From NCBI GenBank assembly GCA_964597885.1, contig CAZQZX010000001.1, forward strand, positions 9,849 to 73,848: DNA of 64,000 bases, in the 5' to 3' direction. Source of the DNA: an uncultured Planctomycetota bacterium (lineage in GTDB: Bacteria > Planctomycetota > JACOTG01 > JAUIME01). The notes beneath the pieces were generated by a model. The model had not been told where the DNA came from. It worked only from the letters and a program-made list of their open reading frames with translations, and ran no database searches. Shown here piece by piece: positions 54,960 through 64,000 of this stretch (position 1 is the first letter of the stretch; every line of letters begins with the position of its first letter). Position numbers and translations under genes: made by a program.

Positions 54960-57035
54960 ATGGACTTGAATCGAGAGCAGAGGGCGGCGGCCGAGGCGGA
55001 TCCGAAGGAGCCTCTCCTGATCATCGCCGGCGCCGGAACGGGAAAGACCACCACGCTGGCGCATCGTGTGGCGTGGCTCGTGGCGAGCGGGGCCGACCCG
55101 GGACGGATCCTGCTCCTGACGTTCACGCGGCGTGCGGCGGCCGGGATGACGCGCCGAGCCGAGCACATCGCCGCGCGATCCTACGAAGCGGCGGCGGCCG
55201 TCGCGGGATCCGGTGCCGGCGAAGCCGAGACCCCGGGGGCACGCCCGGCATCTCCGGGACGCATTCGCTGGTCGGGTACGTTCCACGCCATCGCCAATCG
55301 ATTGCTCCGCATGCACGCCGAGAGCGTCGGTCTCGATCCGACGTTTACGGTTCTCGATCGCTCGGATTCCGCGGACCTCATGAATCTCGTGCGTAACGAT
55401 CTCGGGCTTGGCCGCAGCGAGACGCGGTTCCCGCGCAAGGGTACGTGCCTCGCGATCTACTCCCACGCGGTCAACACGCAGCTCCCGCTCGAGAAGACGC
55501 TCGAGACGGAGTACCCGTGGTGCGAGAAGCACGCCGAGGATCTGCGCGGTCTGTTCAAGGCGTACGTCGAGGCCAAGCAGAAGCAGAACGTTCTCGATTA
55601 CGACGATCTGCTGCTGTACTGGTACTACCTGATGGCCGAGCCCGCGCTTGCCGCGCGCGTGCGAGAGCGATTCGACCACGTGCTCGTGGACGAGTACCAG
55701 GACACGAACACGCTGCAGGCGTCCATCCTCCTCGGTCTGTGCCCCGATGGGCAGGGGGTGACGGTCGTGGGCGACGACGCGCAGTCGATCTACTCGTTCC
55801 GTGCCGCGTCCGTTCGCAACATCCTCGACTTCCCCGAGCACTTCGATCCGCCGGCGCGCGTGCAGACGCTCGAGCAGAACTATCGCTCCACGCAGTCGAT
55901 CCTCGATGCCTGCAACGCGGTCATCGAGCAAGCCGACGAACGGTTCACCAAGAACCTTCGTTCGTCGCGGCGCTCGGAGCAGAAGCCGGTGCTCGCTTCG
56001 GTCGCCGATGAGGTCGGCCAGGTCGATCATGTCGTCGAGCAGGTACTGCAACACCGCGAGTCGGGTGTTCCGCTGAAGAAGCAGGCCGTCCTGATGCGCG
56101 CGGCGCACCACTCCGACGCGCTCGAGGTGGAGCTCGCGAGGCGGAACATCCCTTTCGTGAAGTACGGGGGCCTGAAGTTCCTGGAGGCGGCGCACGTGAA
56201 GGACGTGATGTGCGTGCTTCGCTTTGCCGAGAATCCGCGCGATCGGATCGCGGGCTTCCGCATGCTGCAGCTCCTTCCCGGTGTCGGCCCGGCCAACGCG
56301 TCGCGGTGCCTCGACGAGGTGGCCGAGCGCGGGTTCGACGCCGCGGCCGTCGCGCACTTCCGGCCTCCGGCCTCGGCCGCGGCCGACTGGCCGGCGCTCG
56401 TCGAGATGTTGCAATCGCTCGCGGGCGGGGAATGGGGCGGCCAGGTCGGGCTGGTGCGCGAGTGGTACCGACCGCACCTCGAGCGCCTTCACGAGGCGCC
56501 GCACCTGCGGGACAGCGACCTCGAGCAGCTCGAGCACATCTCGGCGCAGTACGCATCGCGCGAGCGCTTCCTGACCGATCTCACGCTCGATCCGCCGAAC
56601 GCGACGGGCGACGAGGCCGGGCCTCCGCATCTCGACGAGGACTGGCTCGTGCTGTCGACGATCCACTCGGCCAAGGGACAGGAATGGGACGTCGTCTACG
56701 TGCTGAACGTGGTCGACGGTTGCATCCCGTCCGACATGTCGACGGGGAACACGGAGCAGATCGAAGAGGAGCGGCGACTGCTCTACGTCGCCATGACAAG
56801 GGCGCGCGATCGGCTCATCCTCGTGCAGCCGCTGCGCTACTACGTGCGACAGCAGTCGCGTCGCGGCGATGCTCATCTGTACGCGCCACGGAGCCGATTC
56901 CTGCCGGACGGCATGCTCGATCGACTCGAGCGCGTTGCCGTCGGTCCCGAAGCTCCGGAAGACGAGGCGGCGCCGACGTCGGCAAAGGTGGATGTAGCGT
57001 CGAGGCTCCGCGGAATGTGGGACGCTTCGCCCTGA
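54960..57035 (+). CDS. UvrD/Rep-family ATP-dependent DNA helicase
   Basis: Walker A is GAGTGKTTTL. Also present are DEYQDTN, the motif II-VI series (QNYRST) and the C-terminal VAMTRARDRL. Confidence 0.85.
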   Translation: MDLNREQRAAAEADPKEPLLIIAGAGTGKTTTLAHRVAWLVASGADPGRILLLTFTRRAAAGMTRRAEHIAARSYEAAAAVAGSGAGEAETPGARPASPGRIRWSGTFHAIANRLLRMHAESVGLDPTFTVLDRSDSADLMNLVRNDLGLGRSETRFPRKGTCLAIYSHAVNTQLPLEKTLETEYPWCEKHAEDLRGLFKAYVEAKQKQNVLDYDDLLLYWYYLMAEPALAARVRERFDHVLVDEYQDTNTLQASILLGLCPDGQGVTVVGDDAQSIYSFRAASVRNILDFPEHFDPPARVQTLEQNYRSTQSILDACNAVIEQADERFTKNLRSSRRSEQKPVLASVADEVGQVDHVVEQVLQHRESGVPLKKQAVLMRAAHHSDALEVELARRNIPFVKYGGLKFLEAAHVKDVMCVLRFAENPRDRIAGFRMLQLLPGVGPANASRCLDEVAERGFDAAAVAHFRPPASAAADWPALVEMLQSLAGGEWGGQVGLVREWYRPHLERLHEAPHLRDSDLEQLEHISAQYASRERFLTDLTLDPPNATGDEAGPPHLDEDWLVLSTIHSAKGQEWDVVYVLNVVDGCIPSDMSTGNTEQIEEERRLLYVAMTRARDRLILVQPLRYYVRQQSRRGDAHLYAPRSRFLPDGMLDRLERVAVGPEAPEDEAAPTSAKVDVASRLRGMWDASP

Positions 57036-57050
57036 GCAAAGCAGGCGGCG

Positions 57051-59258
57051 CTATCCGTCCTTCGGATCGGTGATGTCGAGGACGATCGCGTTGGTGACGC
57101 TGAGGGGAGCGTCCGCCGCCGAGCCGAGATCCTGGATGAAGCCCTGGACGGTGAGCACGACGGGGAAGGGCGCGCCGCCGGGCACGTGGATCGGCATCGA
57201 AGGCGCCGGCCCTGAATCGAAGTCGGGCTCGCCGAGGTTCTTGCGGAAGCCGAGGTTGTTCCAGACCTTCGTCGGCTGGTTCTGCGGGTTCGCGATCAGC
57301 GGGGTCGGAAGCGCCGTCCAGCCGAGACCGCGTGGATAGGGCGTCACGGTCGCGGGGTCCGGGGCCGAGCGCCACACGTAGAGCACGTAGCGCGCCGAGG
57401 CCGGGCCGGCGGGTGGAGCATCGACGTGGATCGAGAACGGCTCGCGCGTGTCGAGGCGGACCACGCGCTCGTGATCGGGGACGCGACCCTCCACGCGGAC
57501 GACATCGGCCAGGTCGGGCGAGGCGTCGTTCACCGTACCGTAGAGTGCGGCGATCTCGATCCGCATCTCGTCGGCGCCGATGTCGACGCGGGCGGTGCCG
57601 TCGCCATCACCCTCGATGCGACGATCATCGCCGTCGATGTCGAAATCGTTGAGCATCGCGCTGTCGTCACCGGCATCGATGCACGGGGAGTCGATGCGCA
57701 GGTGCAGATCGTGGCGGCCGGGCGCGACGAATCGCGGATCGGCTTCGAGGTTTCCGACTCCCGGCCAGTCTCCCTCGACAACGCTCATCGAGACCGTGGC
57801 CGATCCGCCGTGCATGTCGATCTGCGGATCCTGGACACACTCGTTGCCCCAGAAGATCGAGTTCACGACGGTGACGATGGAAGTATCCGCGAAGAGCCCA
57901 CCGCCGGACGTCGTCTCCGGCTCGGGCGCGCGAGCATGGTTGTACGCGATGGTGTTGTTCGCGAGCGTCGCTTCCGTTTGACCGACGTAGACCCCGCCGC
58001 CGTGGCCGCGCCGCGCGTCGTTGAAGGCGATGACGTTTCCGGCAAGGGTGAGGATCGAGTCGAGACAGTGGAGGCCGGCGCCGCTTCCCTGGGCGAGGTT
58101 GTTCTGGATCCGGTTGGCGATGACCTTCACGTCGCACTCGTCGCCTACGAGGATTCCCGCGCCGACGCGAGCTTCGTTGTCTCGGATGAGATTGCCCTGG
58201 ATGCGGGCGCTGCTGCGTTCGTCGCAGGCGATCCCACCGCCGAAGGCGAGGATCTGAACGTGTTCGACGATCTCGTTGTCGAGGAGCTCCGCGTTCGATC
58301 GGCGGCAGTAGATACCGCATCCCGAGAGCGCCGAGTTGCGTTGCAGGAAGTTGCCCTGGATGAGGGAATCGGTGTCGCCGACGAGCGCGATGCCGCCACC
58401 CGTGCCGCTGTTGCGGTTGTTCACGATGGCATTGCCGACGGCAACCAGCGTCGCGCCGTCACCGCAGTAGATGCCGGCTCCGGTTTGCGCGCCGTTGAGC
58501 TCGACGAGGTTCTCTTCGGCCCAGCAGATGGCGTTCGACGTGACGCCGACGCCCCCGCCGATCGCGCTGGCGGGCCCAGCGTGGTTGCTGCGGATGACGT
58601 TCTCGACGAGAAGCGCCGAGGAGCTCGCCGTGATCGCGACCGCTCCGCCGATCGCGCTCGCCTGGTTGTCTTCGAACGTGTTGCGTCGAATCTCGGGCGA
58701 GGAGCCGTCGCAGTACAGGGCGCCCCCCATCGTGGGCATCTGGACGCCGTGCAGGCTTCCGTTCTCTTGGAATCGATTCGAGAGAATGCGCGGGCTCGCG
58801 CCGCGGATGCAGGCGATGCCTCCACCGAATGTCGCGGTGTTGTCGCGGATGACGTTGTCGCGAAGAGTCGGGGAGGCGCCGTCGCACAGAACCGCGCCGC
58901 CGTAGACGGTGTTCACCACGACGGTGCCGGAACCGGCGGTCAGCGTGAAGCCTTCGAGAACGGCTTCCGAGTCTTCGCCGCTCTGGAACACGACGACGCT
59001 TCCGGCGCGACCGGCATCGATGATCGTGGATGCAGGGCCGTGCGAGCTCAGGACGTGGATGGCCTTGCCGAGGAAGTCAATCGATTCGGCGAAGCGGCCG
59101 GGGTTGACCAGGATGATGTCGCCGTCACGGGAGGCCTGAATCGCGGCCTGGATCGTGGCATGGTCGCCGGGAACCGAAAGCGTACCGGCTGCTGCCGTCG
59201 TCGCGAAAGCTGCGACGGTGAGCAGGAGCATGAGTACGAGAACGTTCCGGGCCGACAT
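57051..59258 (-). CDS. Secreted right-handed parallel beta-helix protein (pectate-lyase-like fold) carrying the shared C-terminal domain
   Basis: ATG at 59258 with an AAGGAGA RBS. Signal peptide MSARNVLVLMLLLTVAAFATTAAAG. There are many NxxxxN/IxxNxI beta-helix rungs. The C-terminal roughly 110 aa align with 62549..63775 and 1081..2214. Confidence 0.65.
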   Translation of the reverse strand: MSARNVLVLMLLLTVAAFATTAAAGTLSVPGDHATIQAAIQASRDGDIILVNPGRFAESIDFLGKAIHVLSSHGPASTIIDAGRAGSVVVFQSGEDSEAVLEGFTLTAGSGTVVVNTVYGGAVLCDGASPTLRDNVIRDNTATFGGGIACIRGASPRILSNRFQENGSLHGVQMPTMGGALYCDGSSPEIRRNTFEDNQASAIGGAVAITASSSALLVENVIRSNHAGPASAIGGGVGVTSNAICWAEENLVELNGAQTGAGIYCGDGATLVAVGNAIVNNRNSGTGGGIALVGDTDSLIQGNFLQRNSALSGCGIYCRRSNAELLDNEIVEHVQILAFGGGIACDERSSARIQGNLIRDNEARVGAGILVGDECDVKVIANRIQNNLAQGSGAGLHCLDSILTLAGNVIAFNDARRGHGGGVYVGQTEATLANNTIAYNHARAPEPETTSGGGLFADTSIVTVVNSIFWGNECVQDPQIDMHGGSATVSMSVVEGDWPGVGNLEADPRFVAPGRHDLHLRIDSPCIDAGDDSAMLNDFDIDGDDRRIEGDGDGTARVDIGADEMRIEIAALYGTVNDASPDLADVVRVEGRVPDHERVVRLDTREPFSIHVDAPPAGPASARYVLYVWRSAPDPATVTPYPRGLGWTALPTPLIANPQNQPTKVWNNLGFRKNLGEPDFDSGPAPSMPIHVPGGAPFPVVLTVQGFIQDLGSAADAPLSVTNAIVLDITDPKDG

Positions 59259-59449
59259 TGCGGGTCTCCTTGTTGTGACCTCCCGTTTGTCGCTACCCCG
59301 AAGAATCGGGGTCCCCCAGTCTCTTCTCGGAGAGACGGACGTCGGCTGAAGCGGGTTTCTCCGATCGGTGCGGTTTTTTGTCTCGGGGAAGGCAGAGCGC
59401 GACCTCGTGCGAGGGTTTCCGACCGAGGCAGGGAGGGGAGGCTCGTGCT

Positions 59450-59941
59450 CTAGTCGAGCACCGTGTCCCAGTTCGAGGGAGGACGGTATCCGCGGTAGGC
59501 GAGGTGCCGATCGGGCGTCAGGACGACGAGGGCGGGGATGCCGGCGAGGTACAGGTTGTTGACCAGCGCGAGGTCCGAATCCCGGAGCAGGGGAACGTCG
59601 AGCTTCCAGTCGGAGGCGGCCTTGCGAATTCGGTCCGCGGAGATGGCATTCGACGGGCCCGGGGTGATGCCGAGGATTCGGACGCGATCGCGGAACGGTT
59701 CGACCGAGGTGCGAAGGTCGCCGGCGAGCGCTTCGCTGGTGGGGCTCGACGGGCTGAAGAAGAACAGCGCGATCGTCTCGCCCTGATCGAGGTGGCGCGC
59801 TCCGAGGTCGTATTCCTGATCGTCGAGATCCTGAACGGCGAGCGAGAACGGGAGGCGCGCCGGATCGTCGCCGCTCCCGGGCGTCGAGCAGGAGACCGCG
59901 AGGAGGACGCACACCATCAAGAGGACCGGAGTCCTCGCCAT
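59450..59941 (-). CDS. Thioredoxin-fold (TlpA/redoxin-like) lipoprotein with the CxxC motif replaced by SxxS
   Basis: ATG at 59941 gives MARTPVLLMVCVLLAVSC, a lipobox. The thioredoxin-like layout has SPSSPTS (ALFFFSPSSPTS) where TlpA proteins have WCGPC. Confidence 0.45.
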   Translation of the reverse strand: MARTPVLLMVCVLLAVSCSTPGSGDDPARLPFSLAVQDLDDQEYDLGARHLDQGETIALFFFSPSSPTSEALAGDLRTSVEPFRDRVRILGITPGPSNAISADRIRKAASDWKLDVPLLRDSDLALVNNLYLAGIPALVVLTPDRHLAYRGYRPPSNWDTVLD

Positions 59942-60040
59942 CGATCGCCAGTCGTTCGTCAGGATCATCGTTGTTCCCTCGGGCCCGCTTGAAGGCGACA
60001 GCGTACTAGCTGCGCCGGCCGGCGGCGAGCAGGGCCGATC

Positions 60041-61915
60041 CTAGAACGTCGCGATCCAGCGCACCCCGATCAGGTCGACGCTGTCCAGATCGTCGGGCAT
60101 GGTCCAGTGCTCGTGGTTCAGGACGAGCGAGCTGCCGAACGGAAGCGCGAATCGAAAGCCCCACGTAACGCGCCGGACCCCGAAGCTCGGGTCGGTCAGC
60201 GAGCTGCCGGCGGGGACGATGTCGCCGTCGTTTCGGATCGCGTCCCAGCGGGCGATCAGGGAGATGCCGGGATCTTCGATGAGCAGGAGATCTCCCTCGA
60301 TGGAGTATCCCTCGACATCCGTGTTGCCTCGGGGATTCCCGTCCGCGAAGGTGAACTGATCGTTGGAGCGCTTCGCCCACTCGGCCTGGACGCGCACACG
60401 GTTCCGATATCGCGCCGTGAGATCGACGCCGATGATGTCGTAGTTGAGGCGCTTCTCGAACTCGTCGTCGTCCATGCGTCCGGAGATGAGCGAGGCGCCG
60501 GCGCGCAGATAGGGCGTCCCGAAGGTGACGCGGCCTCCGACGGAGGGATCCGAGTTGTTGTCGTTGTAGTCGCGGCTCTCGAAGAAGTTGACGTCGGTCA
60601 CGCCCTGGAGGCCGTTGACCACGTACGCATCGAACGTCGCGTTGACGTCCGCCACGAGCGGCAGCGCGAACGTGGCGAGGACACCCTCGTCCGAGTACGG
60701 CATCGGGATGACCGCCGGTCCGATGTCGTCGCGGTTGACGCCCTGTCCCATGTTGTAGATCAGCGGCATCGTCACCGTGCGGGAGGCCGCCGGATGGGCC
60801 TGCGCGCCGAGGCCGCCGAACGGCACGAGGAAACGGCCTGCGTCGACGGCGGCCTGCGGGCCGTCTTCGTTGAGATCGAGGGCGCGGTCGATATCGAATC
60901 GGAAGGCCCCTTCGACCAGCTCCAGCCGATCGCCCTCGGGCTCGTTCGAGCGGTGGCACGTGTAGCACGCGGTGATCCGAGCCGTGAAGGGGCCGGTGGC
61001 GTGCCATTCGGCGCCGATCCAGAGCTCGGTTTGAAAGCCGTCGTTCTGAACGGCGTCATCGCGTGCGCTCTGGCGGAAGGTCGTCCCGAAGGTCGCGCTC
61101 ACGTCGAGGTTGTCGATGAACGAGCGGAGCTCCGACTTGATGTCTTCGCCGAGTCCGAGGTCCCCCTCCTTGCGATCCAGCGATGTCAGGTACACCGCGA
61201 TCGGTTCGAGCTCGCGTGACGGGATGTGGGCGCCGGACTTGGAAGCCATGCGTCGGACCGTCGTTCGCCACCCGGCAAGATCCTTCGTCTTGTCGAGGGA
61301 CCTCGCGGCGTCGTGGCACTGCAGGCAGTAGTCGTTGAAGGCTCCCTCGCCGCGATCGATGAGATCGGGATCGAGCTCCTCGAGCTCCGCGATGTCGGGG
61401 AGGTCGTCGAGCGCCTCGGCGTCGTCCGAGTCCGCGTGCTCTCGGTCGGCGCGACGGAGCGAGTCGGCGGGTGCCGGGGCGCCGGCGCGGATCCAGGCGA
61501 GGACCGTGGCCGACTCGGCCGCGTTCAGCAGCCGAGACATGCCGTCGCGTACGGCCCGCGCGTCGGGCATCTCGCCGTCGCGGATGACGAGGTAGAGCTC
61601 CGATTGCTCCGGCGTCTCGAGATCCACGAAGTCACTGTCCCGCAGGCGATCGAAATCGAGGATGAAGTTCAGCTCGCCGCGGTAGCGCACACCGGCGAAC
61701 GCGTTCGACTCCTTGGTGTGGCAGGCCGCGCAGTGATCGAGGAACAGCGTGTGTACGGCGGCAGCCAGGCGGGACGTCGACGTCGTATCGCCGTCGCGCT
61801 GATCTTGGTCGGTGTTCGAGGCCTCTGCGCTTGTGAGGAGAAGTCCGAAGAGCCACAGGCCGACCAGGATCGACCGCACGGCCACGCCGGAACGCGGAGG
61901 CCTCGCGCCGATCAT
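60041..61915 (-). CDS. Tri-heme c-type cytochrome fused to a C-terminal beta-barrel-like (outer-membrane-type) domain
   Basis: Signal peptide, then three CxxCH motifs (CAACH, CLQCH, CYTCH) in the N-terminal half. The C-terminal roughly 300 aa have alternating hydrophobic beta-strand periodicity and a terminal aromatic residue (IGVRWIATF). Confidence 0.6.
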   Translation of the reverse strand: MIGARPPRSGVAVRSILVGLWLFGLLLTSAEASNTDQDQRDGDTTSTSRLAAAVHTLFLDHCAACHTKESNAFAGVRYRGELNFILDFDRLRDSDFVDLETPEQSELYLVIRDGEMPDARAVRDGMSRLLNAAESATVLAWIRAGAPAPADSLRRADREHADSDDAEALDDLPDIAELEELDPDLIDRGEGAFNDYCLQCHDAARSLDKTKDLAGWRTTVRRMASKSGAHIPSRELEPIAVYLTSLDRKEGDLGLGEDIKSELRSFIDNLDVSATFGTTFRQSARDDAVQNDGFQTELWIGAEWHATGPFTARITACYTCHRSNEPEGDRLELVEGAFRFDIDRALDLNEDGPQAAVDAGRFLVPFGGLGAQAHPAASRTVTMPLIYNMGQGVNRDDIGPAVIPMPYSDEGVLATFALPLVADVNATFDAYVVNGLQGVTDVNFFESRDYNDNNSDPSVGGRVTFGTPYLRAGASLISGRMDDDEFEKRLNYDIIGVDLTARYRNRVRVQAEWAKRSNDQFTFADGNPRGNTDVEGYSIEGDLLLIEDPGISLIARWDAIRNDGDIVPAGSSLTDPSFGVRRVTWGFRFALPFGSSLVLNHEHWTMPDDLDSVDLIGVRWIATF

Positions 61916-62448
61916 CGTTCTTCCTCCTCTTCGACCATGTCGCGGTACTTCAGGTGTCCCGCTCTCTCGAGCTCGCGCATCCGGTCGAAGTGCTTCTGCG
62001 CGGATTCGGTATCGCCTTCGAGGACGGCCATCTCGAGGTCGAGCAGCGCGCGGATCGTCTCGATCAGAACCTTGCGGTAGCCGACGAGGAAGGCCGGACG
62101 CTCCGCCTCGGGGACGACCTCGAGCGCCGACGGGCTGTAACGCTTCGACACGACGAGCGCTTCCTGGATCGTGGTGATGAGCGCGAGGTTGGCTTCCTTC
62201 TTCGAGTCATCCGCGATCTGACGTCGCAGCCTTCGCACGGCGCGGTTGACGCGCACCATCGAGTCCATCAACACGTCGGGCTCGACTTCGCTTTCGGTCA
62301 CCTCTTCTTGCGCCGGGGCGCTCGTGCGCGGCGAGCTCGCGACGACGGGCTCGAGCGCCGCCCAGCCGACCAGTGCGATCAGGCTCAGCATCACGAGCGC
62401 GGTCCAGGGGGCGGAAAGGAGGGCGAAGGTCTTCGTTCGGGGGTTCAT
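61912..62448 (-). CDS. Cytochrome b562-family four-helix-bundle protein
   Basis: The stop overlaps the downstream cytochrome c start (ATGA). The C-terminus AGHLKYR resembles the E. coli cytochrome b562 His-ligand region (HQKYR). The N-terminal signal-like helix has Met candidates (VLMDSMVRV). Confidence 0.5.
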   Translation of the reverse strand: MNPRTKTFALLSAPWTALVMLSLIALVGWAALEPVVASSPRTSAPAQEEVTESEVEPDVLMDSMVRVNRAVRRLRRQIADDSKKEANLALITTIQEALVVSKRYSPSALEVVPEAERPAFLVGYRKVLIETIRALLDLEMAVLEGDTESAQKHFDRMRELERAGHLKYRDMVEEEEER

Positions 62449-62548
62449 CGCGGGGAGTCTCCTGAGTTTCGATGGAAGAAGGCGCCGCCCCGGTCGTCGC
62501 CGGGGCGGCGCGTGGATCGTTTGCAGAGGGCAGCGCGCGGCCGTCGAC

Positions 62549-63775
62549 TCACTGCACGCGCAGGATGATGGCGTTCGTCACGCTTGCGGGCCCGTCGGCC
62601 GCCGAGCCGTCGTCGAGAAGGATCGCCTGCAGCGTCGCGGTGACTGCGTTCGGCGCTCCGGCGGGAGCGTTCAGCACCACGGAAGGCGCCGGAGTCGACG
62701 GGAAGTCGGGGTTACCGAGCTGCTGCTGGCGGCCGATGTTGTTCCAGATCTTGAACGGCTGCGGGTTGCCGCCGGTCGGCGGGATCGGGAAGCAGAACAG
62801 CCCGAGGTTTCGCGGAAGCGTCACGACCGGCGTCTGCGGGACGGGCTCTCCGATGTGCAGGTACATCACGAACGGTCCGGGGCTCGGCCCTCCGGGCGAG
62901 GCCTGCATCGAGACCGAGATCGGCGCTCCCGTCGCGAGGTTGACCACGCCGTTGCCGTTCCCGGTCGACCCGTTCAGGGTCAGGACGTCCACCGCGTTGC
63001 CGTTGCCGGCGTTGACCCGGCTGCGCCGGCACGCGAGGAAGTCCTCCTCGCGGGTGAATTCGATGGTGAGCGTCGGTCGGTTGGCCGGCGTTCCCGATTC
63101 GCGGCTATCGAGTCGCTTGGCGGTACGCTGCTGGGACTCGTCGGTGACGAGGATCCAGCCGGCGTTCACGTTCGGGTTGTCGACCCACCGCTGGACATCC
63201 GAGATGAGGGCCGCGGTCGAGCTCACCGTGTACGAGCCCGGTCCCGAGATGGCGACGGTACCGGAGGCTTCCGAAACGAAGTCGCCGCCGGCCGCGTTCC
63301 ACGTCGTGTCGGAGAAGAACCGGTGGATCCACGTGGCGTCGTTCGTGCGCGAAGAGGCTCCGGCCCCCTCGCCGCGACCCGCATTGGACGTGCCCTCGCC
63401 CCAGCTCCCGAGTACGCGATGCACGCCGACGGTGCGGGAGGAGCCGTTCGCGACGTTGTTGCAGTTCACCGACAGGGTCACCGAGTCGATGCGGGCGCGG
63501 TCGGGCAGCGAGGTCACGTCGAAGAAGAGCAGCGCGCGGCGCTTGTTGCCGCTCGACTGCCCGGTGGTGCCCACGAAGACGTGGTTGCCCGCGCCGTTGC
63601 TCAGGTTTCCACTCGTGTCCTCGTACAGCGTGTTGTCCCGGGACGCGATGATCGTGGCCGTATCGGCTGCGGCGTTCGCCTGGAACAGAAGCGTCCCGAG
63701 GACACCCAAGGCGAGCAAGGTCAGGGGCAAGTGGGACCGGATCGAACGATCGGAACGAAGGTTGGAACGCACCAT
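62549..63775 (-). CDS. Secreted DNRLRE-like domain protein carrying the shared C-terminal domain
   Basis: Signal peptide MVRSNLRSDRSIRSHLPLTLLALGVLGTLLFQANAAA. The N-terminal region has a DNRLRE-like ASRDNTLYED motif. The C-terminal roughly 110 aa (FVMYLHIGEP...LPRNLGLFCFP...IWNNIG...SVTNAIILRVQ) are shared with 57051..59258 and 1081..2214. Confidence 0.6.
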   Translation of the reverse strand: MVRSNLRSDRSIRSHLPLTLLALGVLGTLLFQANAAADTATIIASRDNTLYEDTSGNLSNGAGNHVFVGTTGQSSGNKRRALLFFDVTSLPDRARIDSVTLSVNCNNVANGSSRTVGVHRVLGSWGEGTSNAGRGEGAGASSRTNDATWIHRFFSDTTWNAAGGDFVSEASGTVAISGPGSYTVSSTAALISDVQRWVDNPNVNAGWILVTDESQQRTAKRLDSRESGTPANRPTLTIEFTREEDFLACRRSRVNAGNGNAVDVLTLNGSTGNGNGVVNLATGAPISVSMQASPGGPSPGPFVMYLHIGEPVPQTPVVTLPRNLGLFCFPIPPTGGNPQPFKIWNNIGRQQQLGNPDFPSTPAPSVVLNAPAGAPNAVTATLQAILLDDGSAADGPASVTNAIILRVQ

Positions 63776-64000
63776 GGTCGGGCCTCCTCTTCACCTCGGC
63801 CAAGCGACGACGCCTCGGCAAGCCCGTCGCTGGCGGATCCTTTTCGACTGCCCCGTGGGTGGCTCTCCCCATCGAGGCTCTCACATCCTCGATGTCGTAC
63901 GCAAGAACCGGGTCGGGAAGCCGTCCCCCAAAAATCCCGGATTTGACGTCACGAAATCGCGGATCGTGTGCGTATGCAACCCTGCCGGGGCCCCCGACCG

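Noticed and set aside
54591-56876. 761-aa minus-strand ORF antisense to uvrD
   Set aside because: Spurious GC-skew ORF. UvrD on the plus strand has all helicase motifs.
57426-59453. 675-aa plus-strand ORF antisense to the beta-helix protein, and similar antisense ORFs at 50163..52196, 52460..54073, 60107..61219, 62246..63946 and 36625..38658
   Set aside because: All are Arg/Asp/Gly-rich, lack motifs, and mirror strongly supported genes on the other strand.
1-64000. Search for tRNA/rRNA genes, CRISPR arrays and mobile elements
   Set aside because: No T-loop GGTTCGAATCC-like motifs, no regularly spaced direct repeats, and no transposase, integrase or recombinase-like translations were seen. 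The region looks like stable chromosome rather than an island.

Overview
This is a 64 kb, gene-dense, very GC-rich (about 68-70%) bacterial chromosomal segment, judged to be from a Gram-negative because of its secretins, lipoboxes, a Tat signal, PqiAB, an AsmA-like protein and a C-terminal beta-barrel signature. I support about 50 protein-coding genes from translation, domain motifs and start/RBS inspection, and found no rRNA, tRNA, CRISPR array, transposase or integrase. Housekeeping and metabolic genes include panB, a fused E1 alpha/beta 2-oxoacid dehydrogenase, sthA, cls, flavodoxin, enoyl-CoA hydratase, a PLP decarboxylase, futalosine hydrolase (mqnB), RNase HI, UvrD, Fpg/Nei, an RlmI-like methyltransferase, an endonuclease Q-like PHP protein and a Gfo/Idh/MocA oxidoreductase. 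Signalling genes include a NarL-type response regulator, a CheY-like regulator plus hybrid histidine kinase operon, a Ser/Thr kinase with TPR repeats coupled to an ECF sigma factor, and an HDOD protein. Envelope genes include PqiA/PqiB, a large AsmA-like protein with a poly-lysine tail, a roughly 1000-aa carboxypeptidase-regulatory-repeat protein, FKBP, and TPR and other lipoproteins. Four things deserve a second look. (1) Two tandem paralogous cassettes each encode an ECF sigma factor, a membrane anti-sigma factor and a roughly 305-aa mini-secretin (25937..27886 and 28186..30232), separated by an 85-nt pyrimidine-rich simple-sequence tract. (2) A five-gene minus-strand cluster (57051..63775) encodes a DNRLRE-like secreted protein, cytochrome b562, a tri-heme cytochrome c fused to a beta-barrel-like C-terminus, a thioredoxin-fold lipoprotein with SxxS in place of CxxC, and a beta-helix protein. 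(3) The two outer genes of that cluster, and a third secreted protein at 1081..2214, share a conserved roughly 100-150 aa C-terminal domain ending in SVTNAI/G-x-L that I cannot assign to a known family. (4) A sigma-54-type promoter (TGGCAT-N5-TTGCA) lies about 110 bp downstream of a perfect 20-bp palindrome and upstream of a CX5R phosphatase gene. All product calls rest on recognisable motifs read from the translations; no database searches were run.
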